IMG/VR virus record: IMGVR_UViG_3300045391_004554
Location: 36,226 to 100,225 of that record
Length of the DNA stretch: 64,000 nt
Origin: a virus
Strand: one strand, 5' to 3'
Part shown: in pieces, positions 55,614 through 64,000 of the stretch
How the letters are laid out: each line of letters starts with the position of its first letter
Position numbering within the stretch: the first letter of the stretch is position 1
The notes under the pieces: generated by a model
Database searches by the model: none
What the model was told of the DNA's origin: nothing
What the model saw: the letters and a program-made list of their open reading frames with translations, nothing else
Translations under genes and position numbers: made by a program

Positions 55614-56240
55614 TTATAAATTATTTATCTGGGAGTTAATTTTGGTTGCATTATTTATTTTGAGTTCAATTAATTTAAAATCAGGAGAATTCTTTGGAGT
55701 ATTTACCAATAATATTCTCAAACATGCTATATATTTTGGCAATGGTAGATCGGCTTTTTCTTGATTACAACTATAGCAACATGGCAGCGTTGGTTTCCCT
55801 TTACCGCCTTGACTTTTGGGAATAATATGTTCCCGCGTTCTATCCGTACCACTGGGTGCGCCAACTCTTTGCGTTAACCAAACCTCACAATAACAGCATT
55901 GCCCTAACTTCTTGTTTAATGGCTTTATTTCTGCTTTCGGAGATTGTTGGATTGGTCTGCCTATGCCTAAGAATTCTGCTTTGTGATGTTGCTGCAGTTC
56001 TTCTAAATTCTGCGCAACTTTATAGTACCATTTCTCACCATCTACCAAATAACAAAACCATTCATCATTATCAATCGGTTCTTGCTTTGTGAAAAGTTTT
56101 GCTTGCCTTTCTTTATTTTTCTGCTTTTTGGTTTTTACAAATCCAGCAAAAACATCTAAACCTTTATTATTTAAGGTCTTCGGGAAGATTGTATCTGCTA
56201 AATCATCGCTTGAATATCCAATCAATTTGATATTGGCCAT
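55614..56240 (-). CDS. HNH endonuclease domain protein
   Basis: CCYC...TREHIIPKSQGG...CCYSCNQEK. Confidence 0.8.
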   Translation of the reverse strand: MANIKLIGYSSDDLADTIFPKTLNNKGLDVFAGFVKTKKQKNKERQAKLFTKQEPIDNDEWFCYLVDGEKWYYKVAQNLEELQQHHKAEFLGIGRPIQQSPKAEIKPLNKKLGQCCYCEVWLTQRVGAPSGTDRTREHIIPKSQGGKGKPTLPCCYSCNQEKADLPLPKYIACLRILLVNTPKNSPDFKLIELKINNATKINSQINNL

Positions 56241-56252
56241 CTGTAAAATATT

Positions 56253-56624
56253 TTACGATTTAGAAAGTCTACTTACTGATAGGTTTAACTTTTTTGCTTC
56301 GAGAGGATTCAACTCCGCCCAGAGATGGTGTTCAGGACAAAGAACGCGCATTAACTTTTTATCTATTAAATTATTGCCGATTCTGCCCCCTGCATGATGT
56401 AGCGTTTTAACTTCGCTTTCACATCCTGGGAACTGGCAACAATCAATTTCTTTGAATACCTCAGCCTTATTTTTCTCATACTCGCGCAACTTTTTAGCCC
56501 GTTTCTTAGTGACTTTAGCAATAGGCTTTGTACTTCTTGCTAGTGGCTTCGTTGCTCGTGGTAACGGCGTTTTACGTGTTAATGTTGAGTTCCAGATTTT
56601 ACCCATATTAGTATGTTCTATCAA
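56253..56624 (-). CDS. HNH-like Zn-binding nuclease
   Basis: RKTPL basic N-terminus, CQFPGC...LHH..GR...LCPEHH. Confidence 0.6.
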   Translation of the reverse strand: MIEHTNMGKIWNSTLTRKTPLPRATKPLARSTKPIAKVTKKRAKKLREYEKNKAEVFKEIDCCQFPGCESEVKTLHHAGGRIGNNLIDKKLMRVLCPEHHLWAELNPLEAKKLNLSVSRLSKS

Positions 56625-56916
56625 ATTTCATAAAGCTTGGCTGAACTTTTGGAAAAGCCAACACTCTTAATTTCTCTCTCTGATACTTTGTAAGATTAGC
56701 TGTACTTACGGTTTTACGATCTACCTGCTCATCATCATAAATAACTGCCGGTGGAATAATAAATACTTCAGGAAGCGGTTGTTTAAATTTCTTGATGATG
56801 TAGGCTCGTTTATTATCGCATACAGGAGGTTTTAGTCCCATCATTTCGCAGAACCAACAACCTGGATCTTTACACTCATAGGTATAAGATCCTTCACCTT
56901 GTAGTTCAGCTTTCAT
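56608..56916 (-). CDS. hypothetical protein
   Basis: ORF track; C.DPGCWFC. Confidence 0.5.
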   Translation of the reverse strand: MKAELQGEGSYTYECKDPGCWFCEMMGLKPPVCDNKRAYIIKKFKQPLPEVFIIPPAVIYDDEQVDRKTVSTANLTKYQREKLRVLAFPKVQPSFMKFDRTY

Positions 56917-56919
56917 GTC

Positions 56920-57168
56920 TTACAGGTAAATATCCAATGTATAATCCTCAGCATGGGTAGAATTGTTTTTGCTATGAATAAATGGGATCATAGCCTCGCG
57001 TAAAAGTCTTCGATCTTCTTCGATATACTGTATTGTAAGTGAGTTTCTAATTGGCTCTGGGAGCTCATCATGCAACTCAGTATAAACAATTTTACGCCCT
57101 TGTTTAGATGTGGTAATCATGCCATGGAGTTCAGGGCTTACTTCGTTAAGCATTTCTAAAGTTGTCAT
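56920..57168 (-). CDS. hypothetical protein
   Basis: ORF track. Confidence 0.5.
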   Translation of the reverse strand: MTTLEMLNEVSPELHGMITTSKQGRKIVYTELHDELPEPIRNSLTIQYIEEDRRLLREAMIPFIHSKNNSTHAEDYTLDIYL

Positions 57169-57186
57169 ATATTATCTGTTTTAGGT

Positions 57187-57534
57187 TTAATAATAATAGG
57201 TTCGTTCATTATTTATTACAGTAACTTGGTCCGGCTTAAGCGTTAAGAATTCATCAACATGCATAACAATTGTTCTAACACCTTCCATGCCGCTGATCTC
57301 ATCACTGAAAGAAATTCTGCCGATATATTGCCTTGCATCTCCATAGAATGTCATTACACAATCCTTAGGCTTGTAAATAATACGTTTAGGCACGAAGAAT
57401 CCCAAATCGTCGCGGCCACCAAAAGGACTATCATAAAACCCTTTGACTGGTTTATAACCTTCTCTGGGTGTAATGCCATTCTTCTTACGGAATGCTCCGA
57501 ATGTTAAAAAGTGTAAAGCGTTATCAAATCTCAT
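57187..57534 (-). CDS. hypothetical protein
   Basis: ORF track. Confidence 0.5.
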   Translation of the reverse strand: MRFDNALHFLTFGAFRKKNGITPREGYKPVKGFYDSPFGGRDDLGFFVPKRIIYKPKDCVMTFYGDARQYIGRISFSDEISGMEGVRTIVMHVDEFLTLKPDQVTVINNERTYYY

Positions 57535-57806
57535 TTTCCATCTTCTTGATATTTACCACATGTAGGCCAATTAGCCCGGTGATCAGTTCCTGGACCGTTA
57601 GTATCTCCGCGAAGTGCGCATTTAAAATAAACGCCTCCGTAATGCTTTCTTATAAAATGAACACATTTTTTACATCTTGTTCCTTCTGGTCCTTTTCCAA
57701 AGGCAGCAATACAAGGATTAATGTTAAAGCCTCCTGACTTATTTTTAAGAGGAACTTCAGGTTGGACTACATTGCCAAATAGATCGGTGTTTATCATAAA
57801 TCGCAT
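57531..57806 (-). CDS. small Cys-rich phage protein
   Basis: CKKC...YFKC...DHRANWPTC. Confidence 0.6.
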   Translation of the reverse strand: MRFMINTDLFGNVVQPEVPLKNKSGGFNINPCIAAFGKGPEGTRCKKCVHFIRKHYGGVYFKCALRGDTNGPGTDHRANWPTCGKYQEDGK

Positions 57807-57807
57807 G

Positions 57808-58437
57808 TTAAAACATTTTTGGTTGACTTATAAATTCAGGCTTTAGCAGAGGAATATATTTTGCGCAGCCCTCTCCATTTATCCAAACCGTCCAAGCTAC
57901 TTCCATCGTTGGCGCAGGCGTTTTGTCGCCTACCACTCTTAAATGTTCGTAAAAATCTGGGCGCCACGTCAAAGGAAGAATATAGGACGGTTTACAGCTA
58001 TTAAATAAGTTCACTCTTGATTTTGCATGCCAGTACTGCGACTTAAGTAACATGCAAACGATCTTGGCATGTTTGAGTGCCTGAGATATAAATTCTGATG
58101 AAAGATCAAATGGTGGGTTAGTAATTATAGCGTCAAACTTCCGTGCAATAGGTGTAGTAAGAAAATTGCAGTTGCTATCGCCATAGCCATAATCGAAAAT
58201 ATCAGATGAATATACTTCAAAACCATACGACTTTATCACATTACTTATCGACCCAGAGCCACAGGCTGGCTCCCATATTTTTAACGACTTATAGAACTCA
58301 CCAGGATGATACTCCAATAAAAATAGCATTAATGCATGCGTGCAATTTGCTGGAGTAGGATAAAAATCCAATTCACGTCGCTTTGTTTTACCAGAACCAC
58401 CTGTCAATTGAAGATCAGTTTGCGCTACTTTAGTCAT
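57808..58437 (-). CDS. DNA N6-adenine/N4-cytosine methyltransferase
   Basis: DFYPTP, motif I WEPACGSG, motif IV IITNPPF. Confidence 0.85.
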   Translation of the reverse strand: MTKVAQTDLQLTGGSGKTKRRELDFYPTPANCTHALMLFLLEYHPGEFYKSLKIWEPACGSGSISNVIKSYGFEVYSSDIFDYGYGDSNCNFLTTPIARKFDAIITNPPFDLSSEFISQALKHAKIVCMLLKSQYWHAKSRVNLFNSCKPSYILPLTWRPDFYEHLRVVGDKTPAPTMEVAWTVWINGEGCAKYIPLLKPEFISQPKMF

Positions 58438-58465
58438 AGGTTATCGCCTTGTTGTATAGTTAACT

Positions 58466-58805
58466 TCATTTATGCATAAATCTAAAAGGTGAATTCGCTT
58501 TTGTAGCGGCCATTGCCATCTCTTTTAACTTTTTGTACATGTCGGATTCTGGATTATCGCGCAATGCTTGTTTGGCCAAGTCAGGTCCAAAGTCAAATTT
58601 TTTGACAATATCACTTTCTACATTTATTTTAAATAAATCTGGTAAAGGATCTGGCTGATGGCGGTATTTAATGGCGTCGCTATAATATTCCTTAGGCCAT
58701 TGACCAGTAAAGTAATTTTTCGTAAAAATCATACCGTTGAAAGGGCTTACCTGTGGCTGGAAGTCTTCATTATCTCTTTGTTGATCTATTATGCTATTGC
58801 TCATC
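58466..58805 (-). CDS. hypothetical protein
   Basis: Likely start at MSNSIIDQ within the 58466-58852 ORF. Confidence 0.5.
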
Positions 58806-58808
58806 TCA

Positions 58809-59816
58809 CTAATAATTATTTGATTTAACTGGCATGAGCAAAGAAGACCCATTAATTACAACGCAGCGATCTTGATTATACATACCGAAAGTCAACTCGT
58901 CGGCTTTGATGCCATTAATAAGATTCAACAACATTCTACCATTAAGCGGCACTGTAATAGTGTCGCCTGTGTGTTTACAGCTTAATTGCCGCTTATATGC
59001 ATTGTTAGTCATCACGTCTTCCGAACTTACCGTAAGCCTCGAATTAACCTCAAGCGTTACGCTATAAAGGGTCTTAGGTGCACATAATAGAGCCCTGGTG
59101 ACTGCTGATTTAAAATCAGTCTTATTAACGGTCATGCCAATTGATAATTCCTTAGGGATAACAGCCATTAAATCAGGGAAACGATTGTCGTCAACTCGCT
59201 GAATTATTATTATATCGTCATTTTCTAACACCACTTTTTGATCAGAAAGAAGCACTACCCAGTCCGATTTTGGAAATAAACCGACTAATTTCACAGCCTT
59301 TTTACCCAATAAAATAGGTTTAGAACAACCGAATTCACTTTTCTCATAGATCGCTGAATGTGCATCCGTCCCCATAATATATCCATCTTTAATGGCCACG
59401 CACATCATCGCCGGGCGTAACTCGTCTTTGCTAATTACAGTAGATGCACGCATAATATGCGCTACATCTGACGCCGGTAACTTGCCGACTGAGATAGCAT
59501 CCGGATATTCAACTTTTGGAAAATCACCTACATTTTCACTGTAGAAAGTAAAACTCTCGTCTTCATTTGAGATCGTAATTCTTTGTTCCTTCTTTTCAAA
59601 CTTTGCATTGTCTACATAACCGCAAGCTTTAATGAAATCTTTGCCCTCCAAAACAAAGTCCAACGGTATATCGATGTCTTTAACAATTACCGAAGTATTA
59701 AGATCGGTAATAATTAATCGGTTGCCAATTACCAGAACACATTCCAGAATAGGTAAAACAGATGATTTTGGAGCCAATGCAGAGAACGCTTTTTTGATCG
59801 TGTTGATTTTTTTCAT
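58809..59816 (-). CDS. dnaN: DNA polymerase III beta sliding clamp
   Basis: LPILECVL, TDL, DELRPAM, GTDAH, RFPD..AVIP, terminal LLMPV. Confidence 0.9.
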   Translation of the reverse strand: MKKINTIKKAFSALAPKSSVLPILECVLVIGNRLIITDLNTSVIVKDIDIPLDFVLEGKDFIKACGYVDNAKFEKKEQRITISNEDESFTFYSENVGDFPKVEYPDAISVGKLPASDVAHIMRASTVISKDELRPAMMCVAIKDGYIMGTDAHSAIYEKSEFGCSKPILLGKKAVKLVGLFPKSDWVVLLSDQKVVLENDDIIIIQRVDDNRFPDLMAVIPKELSIGMTVNKTDFKSAVTRALLCAPKTLYSVTLEVNSRLTVSSEDVMTNNAYKRQLSCKHTGDTITVPLNGRMLLNLINGIKADELTFGMYNQDRCVVINGSSLLMPVKSNNY

Positions 59817-59843
59817 ATTGTTTATTTTTACATGATTTACTGA

Positions 59844-60296
59844 TTACAATCCCTCCAATCCTTCTGGTCCTACAACTGCTGCAGACCTTTCTATAAAGTA
59901 TAACTGATCAGGAGAAGAGATATCGCTGAAATAATTAATTATTGTATCGATGATACCGGTAGCGCTCCCAGAAGTAAATTTATGTTCGTTACCATTGGAA
60001 TCCGGCATCCAGGCCGTGATCATACCATTCTCACTTTTAGAAAAATGAACGGGTATAGCAAAGAATGGATTGTGCGTCACGGAACTTGAAGGATGGAGGC
60101 AGCTCCCGATCTGGATACCAAAGAAACTACGCGTTTTAACGATCTGGGCGATCTCAAAATCATTCAGCTCGTACTTAGCGGTATATTGTTTTACACCTTT
60201 TTCTTCGGTCTCCATTTCATGAAGATGAAGAGTTTTATACTGTGGTTGAGATTTGGCATATGTGCCGGTCATCTCAGGAAATTTAACTGATTCCAT
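59844..60296 (-). CDS. hypothetical protein
   Basis: FPE....YAKSQPQYKTL motif of small phage proteins. Confidence 0.55.
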   Translation of the reverse strand: MESVKFPEMTGTYAKSQPQYKTLHLHEMETEEKGVKQYTAKYELNDFEIAQIVKTRSFFGIQIGSCLHPSSSVTHNPFFAIPVHFSKSENGMITAWMPDSNGNEHKFTSGSATGIIDTIINYFSDISSPDQLYFIERSAAVVGPEGLEGL

Positions 60297-60308
60297 TTGT
60301 AAAATATT

Positions 60309-60611
60309 TTATAAGTCGATTTTTCGGTTTACGATTTCTTCTAACATTCCCAACCGATCATGAAGGTGGATCTTGAAAAGCGGAATACTCTCACAGGCTC
60401 GGCCAAGTTTTGTACTGAGTAATTCTTTCGTACGGTAAAATGATATAATGATACCAACTTGCACATCAAAAGGTACCGATTCAAAATAATCCCAAGTAAT
60501 AGCCCCATGATGTTTATAATAATCTTCGATATATATCGATAGCAGCCTGGTAGCAGAAGGAAATTGAACTCTTAGTTCATCCCAAGTATTTTCATTATTT
60601 AAATTCTCCAT
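60309..60611 (-). CDS. hypothetical protein
   Basis: ORF track. Confidence 0.55.
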   Translation of the reverse strand: MENLNNENTWDELRVQFPSATRLLSIYIEDYYKHHGAITWDYFESVPFDVQVGIIISFYRTKELLSTKLGRACESIPLFKIHLHDRLGMLEEIVNRKIDL

Positions 60612-60612
60612 A

Positions 60613-62106
60613 TTAAAAAGGCTGATCGTCCCAATCCTCTTCAGATGGGCGGATTATAAAATTTGAATGATTGTTAAACTCTTTAGGCTTTTCCTGTTCC
60701 AGATATTGTGATTCGTCAAGGTCTTTAAATTTCATCAATGCACCATTAAATTTTAATTTGACTTCACCACAGACACCGTTCCTATGTTTAGCTATAATAA
60801 CCTCACCAATTCCGGCTGTAGGTGTGCCGTTCTCATCTTCTGTTAAGCCGTAATATTCAGCCCTGTAAAGAAATAAAACCAAATCTGCATCCTGCTCCAA
60901 GGAACCAGACTCGCGGAGGTGCGATAGATTTGGCTTTTTGCTTCCTGCTTGAGATTCAACGGCCCGGCTCAATTGAGATAATGCTATAACAGGGATTTGA
61001 AGCTCTTTTGCAAGACCTTTTAATCCACTTGATATCGACGCTACCTCCTGTTCTCTCAATGCGTTTTTACCTAGGGATCCCTTCATTAACTGCAGGTAAT
61101 CGACCATTACCCACTGGATGTTATGCTTCATTTTAGCCCGTTTTGCCTTGGCTCTAAGCTCCAAAATAGGTATAGCAGCAGTGTCATCTATAAACATTTT
61201 TTTATTGATCTGCAACCGCTCTGTGGCAGTTCCTAAACGCTCAGTTTCGTAATCGTCAAGGTTCCTTTTTATTATTTTATCTAGTAAAATACCGGTTTCC
61301 GCAGCAATCAGACGTTGTGTAAGCTGCTCTTTTGACATCTCAAGGCTAAAAATAAGCCCAGGTTTATCATAATCTAACGAAGCATTTCGGGCACAATTCA
61401 ACATAAAAGCTGTTTTACCCATGGATGGCCTTGCTGCAATCAATATTAAGTCGGGCTGACGGAATCCATTAGTTATCTCGTCCAGCTTGGTAAAGCCTGT
61501 TCCAACCCCTAGGAGTCCCGAAATTGGTTTTTCATAGAGATTAGTTACTTCGGCAGTGACCATATCGGCAACGTCAACCATATCTGCTCCGTGCAAGTTG
61601 GATAATAGCGCAGAAGTTTCGCTGGTATTTTTATCAATTACTTCAAATACATCGCTTGTATCCTCATACGCTGCATTAATTGTCTCCGTAGAGATTCTTA
61701 TCATTTCGCGCTGAAGATACTTCTGATAGACAATAGCGGCGTGGTACTCAATATTTTCAGATGATGTAACCGGATTAGTCAGTTCCGTAATATAGTATGC
61801 CCCACCTATCATTTCGAGTTCACCGGACGACCGAAGCTCAGCAGTAACCGTTCTTATGTCAATCGGCCTTGACTTTGAATACAACCTAAGTATGGCAGCA
61901 TATATTTTGCAATGGCTATCCTTGTAAAAAATTTCAGGTTTTATTTTATCTACTACAGATACGATGGCATGTTTATCAATCATAAGAGCGCCAAGAACTA
62001 CCTCCTCCATTTCGATAGCCTGTGGCGGAAGTTTGCCAAGTCCGCTGTATGCAGTAGGTTGTCTCTGGCTAATTCTATTTGTATTTTGGTTTTCCACAAT
62101 CATCAT
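60613..62106 (-). CDS. dnaB: replicative DNA helicase DnaB
   Basis: AARPSMGKT, FSLEMS, VDYLQLM, LSQLSR, LRESGSLEQDAD, IIAKHRNG; Bacteroidota-type GKLPPQA N-terminus. Confidence 0.97.
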   Translation of the reverse strand: MMIVENQNTNRISQRQPTAYSGLGKLPPQAIEMEEVVLGALMIDKHAIVSVVDKIKPEIFYKDSHCKIYAAILRLYSKSRPIDIRTVTAELRSSGELEMIGGAYYITELTNPVTSSENIEYHAAIVYQKYLQREMIRISTETINAAYEDTSDVFEVIDKNTSETSALLSNLHGADMVDVADMVTAEVTNLYEKPISGLLGVGTGFTKLDEITNGFRQPDLILIAARPSMGKTAFMLNCARNASLDYDKPGLIFSLEMSKEQLTQRLIAAETGILLDKIIKRNLDDYETERLGTATERLQINKKMFIDDTAAIPILELRAKAKRAKMKHNIQWVMVDYLQLMKGSLGKNALREQEVASISSGLKGLAKELQIPVIALSQLSRAVESQAGSKKPNLSHLRESGSLEQDADLVLFLYRAEYYGLTEDENGTPTAGIGEVIIAKHRNGVCGEVKLKFNGALMKFKDLDESQYLEQEKPKEFNNHSNFIIRPSEEDWDDQPF

Positions 62107-63107
62107 TAAAAGTTTTTAGCAGAAGAACTATGATCTATTTTTAGACCGCTTCCGCCTGCCATTGGCGTATGGCCATTTACCTTTCCATTCGGCTTAACTT
62201 CCCGAACATAATCAACATATTGTCTTAATTTATGGTAGATTGACCCATTGATTCCTACACCTGTTTGAGTCATTTTTTTAATTGCCTCTTTAAGTTCAGC
62301 ACGTGTGGGAACTATGCCAGATATAGGCTCGGTAGATATTTTAACAAAATCTGGATAGGTCAATTGCAAGCTGGAAATTCGAAGTGGCTTGTAGTCTTTA
62401 TCAATAAATTCATTGAACTTTTTAAATCTATCAAACCAACTCTTATCAACCTGGGCTTTAAAAGCTTCATTTTGCTTATCGTAGTCCAATAAGCAAAATC
62501 TGATGATCTCTTCGTGAGGAGTTGGTTTGTATCCAGGCAAAAATTCAGGAGACTTTTCGTCAGGCTTGGCCGGTTGTTCTGGCGCTTTTGGTTTTGCCGG
62601 AACGACTGGTTTTTCAGATTGATTTCTGCTTTCCTTTTGAGCCTTTCGTTTAGAATGCTGCAAATATTTTCCGCTTAAGTCAATAATACTCAACCTATCT
62701 GCTCCGGACATCTCTTCTTTATTTATTAATATGTATTCATCGATCATTATAATTTCATCTCGCCGATATGTGACCTCAGACCAAATTTCCTGAATACTCT
62801 CACTGGTAAGTATCTCATATTTATCATACATGCCACGGTGAAAAATCTCTTCAGAAAAACATGTTTCTAATATTTCTTCCAGCTGTAGCTTGCTGAATTT
62901 CTCGTCATCACAGAATAACTTTCGTTCACGTAGGCCAAACTTTCGGAAATAATCATTACCATATATTTTAATAAGTAGTATAATCAAACAGGCAAATCCC
63001 TCATTACCGCTATCAGCACGTAATATCTTAACCTTGTCATTGTTAAGTATATTAGTCTTTAGCGGAAAATAGATAAGTCCTTTGGATAACCTGTGACTTG
63101 ACCTCAT
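62106..63107 (-). CDS. replication initiator, DUF4373 (Lin1244/Lin1753-like) N-terminal domain
   Basis: KGLIYFPL...DKVKIL...G.EG...LL.KIY...ILTSESIQ; directly upstream of dnaB. Confidence 0.75.
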   Translation of the reverse strand: MRSSHRLSKGLIYFPLKTNILNNDKVKILRADSGNEGFACLIILLIKIYGNDYFRKFGLRERKLFCDDEKFSKLQLEEILETCFSEEIFHRGMYDKYEILTSESIQEIWSEVTYRRDEIIMIDEYILINKEEMSGADRLSIIDLSGKYLQHSKRKAQKESRNQSEKPVVPAKPKAPEQPAKPDEKSPEFLPGYKPTPHEEIIRFCLLDYDKQNEAFKAQVDKSWFDRFKKFNEFIDKDYKPLRISSLQLTYPDFVKISTEPISGIVPTRAELKEAIKKMTQTGVGINGSIYHKLRQYVDYVREVKPNGKVNGHTPMAGGSGLKIDHSSSAKNF

Positions 63108-63433
63108 AGATTGGCAGGCGTAAGCGTAAATAAGTAAATATTAGCCATGAAAATTTTCAGATCATCGGTTTCAATCTCGATATCTCTACCGTCGATTGAA
63201 ACTTGAAACTTCCCATCGGCACTAACAGAAAAATTGATCTGACTACCATTCGCGCCTATAGTTCTGGGTAACGCAAGCGGATTAGACATTAGTTTTTTGA
63301 TAGGGAGATACTGGACCAATGCCTCTCTTACTGGCCTGGTATATTCAGGATCTATATCCAATAAATCAGTTTTAAGGGTTTCAGGTATCCTTAAAGTCAA
63401 CCTGTATTTTAAAGAATCTTTGTCTTTGGGCAT
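63104..63433 (-). CDS. RHH-like transcriptional regulator
   Basis: YRLTLRIPETLK...VREALVQYL; start set at MPKDKD, downstream of the promoter. Confidence 0.6.
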   Translation of the reverse strand: MPKDKDSLKYRLTLRIPETLKTDLLDIDPEYTRPVREALVQYLPIKKLMSNPLALPRTIGANGSQINFSVSADGKFQVSIDGRDIEIETDDLKIFMANIYLFTLTPANL

Positions 63434-63454
63434 ATTTTGGTGATATGTGTCTGA

Positions 63455-63485
63455 CAAATTTATACAACAAAAAGACAATTGCAAA
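63455..63485 (-). promoter_or_regulatory. consensus Bacteroidota promoter of the replication operon
   Basis: TTTG (63485-63482), 19 nt spacer, TAAATTTG (63462-63455). Confidence 0.75.
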
Positions 63486-63546
63486 TTTTTTTTAACAATA
63501 ATTTAATGAATTTAAAATATGCCTTTTAAACGCTAAAAACGAAGTA

Positions 63547-63826
63547 TTTTTCCATAACGTATACATTCATATTTATAACGCATACTTATCAAAAGCAGCT
63601 ACGATAACTACGTTTTTTTCTGGCACTATTTTTCCAAAAACTAGCCTGTTTTTCCAAAAACTCACTCATTTTTCCAAAAATTCGTGTTTTATAATGTATA
63701 CGTAATACCTTATGAATGTATACATATTATTTCATAACGTATACATTATAGCCATAACGTATACATTCATACGGTCAACGTATACGTGGTGAAACAAAGT
63801 AAAGTAAAGTAAAGTAAAGTAAAGAA
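63547..63826. repeat. iteron array, putative replication origin
   Basis: GTATAC-cored repeats (CATAACGTATACATT) with cores at 63559, 63696, 63718, 63739, 63759 and 63780; TTTTTCCAAAAA at 63629, 63649 and 63669; tandem (AAAGT)n from 63796. Confidence 0.7.
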
Positions 63827-64000
63827 AGAGAATATAAAGAGAAAGCACCCACTTTTTTCGGTTGGCGTTAACAGGAGTTAAATGCTGCTTTTTTTAGTTG
63901 TTTCGCGCCGCCGGGTCTCTTTTAAATCCCCCTTCCCTTCCATCAGGGAAGATACAGCGGAAAGCCCGCCCCCTTCGCTCAGCCCAAAAGAGCGAAAGGG

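Noticed and set aside
63547-63790. CRISPR array
   Set aside because: Repeats are 12-15 bp with a period of about 20-22 bp, leaving no room for spacers; no cas genes; better explained as iterons

Overview
This window is 64 kb of a tailed-phage genome, almost all on the minus strand, in standard code 11. Promoters of the TTTG-N19-21-TAnnTTTG type and a Sphingobacteriaceae-like DnaB point to a Bacteroidota host. In transcription order (right to left) it contains: (1) an iteron-rich putative origin (63.5-63.8 kb); (2) a replication/early module with an RHH regulator, DUF4373-type initiator, DnaB, beta clamp, adenine MTase, HNH, AAA ATPase, SSB-like and Rad50/SMC-like ATPase genes; (3) a cluster of probable anti-defence proteins (tandem DUF2829/Tad2, tandem Acb2/Tad1-like hairpin, WDGH, RyR); (4) a crAss-like podovirus morphogenesis block with TerL, two GroES-like genes, portal, scaffold, MCP, ring/muzzle proteins and three ejection proteins, one of 2688 aa; (5) an accessory region with a glycosyltransferase, a candidate ncRNA and four tRNAs; (6) endolysin, fibres and small membrane genes. 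The most notable observation is an unannotated, probably leaderless 23-codon Leu/Pro-rich leader peptide (8883-8954, -). It has a mutually exclusive antiterminator/terminator directly in front of the tRNA-Pro(UGG), tRNA-Leu(UAG), tRNA-Leu(UAA) array. This looks like a ribosome-stalling attenuator that would switch on the phage tRNAs when the matching host tRNAs are depleted. All family calls are from motif recognition by eye, not database searches.
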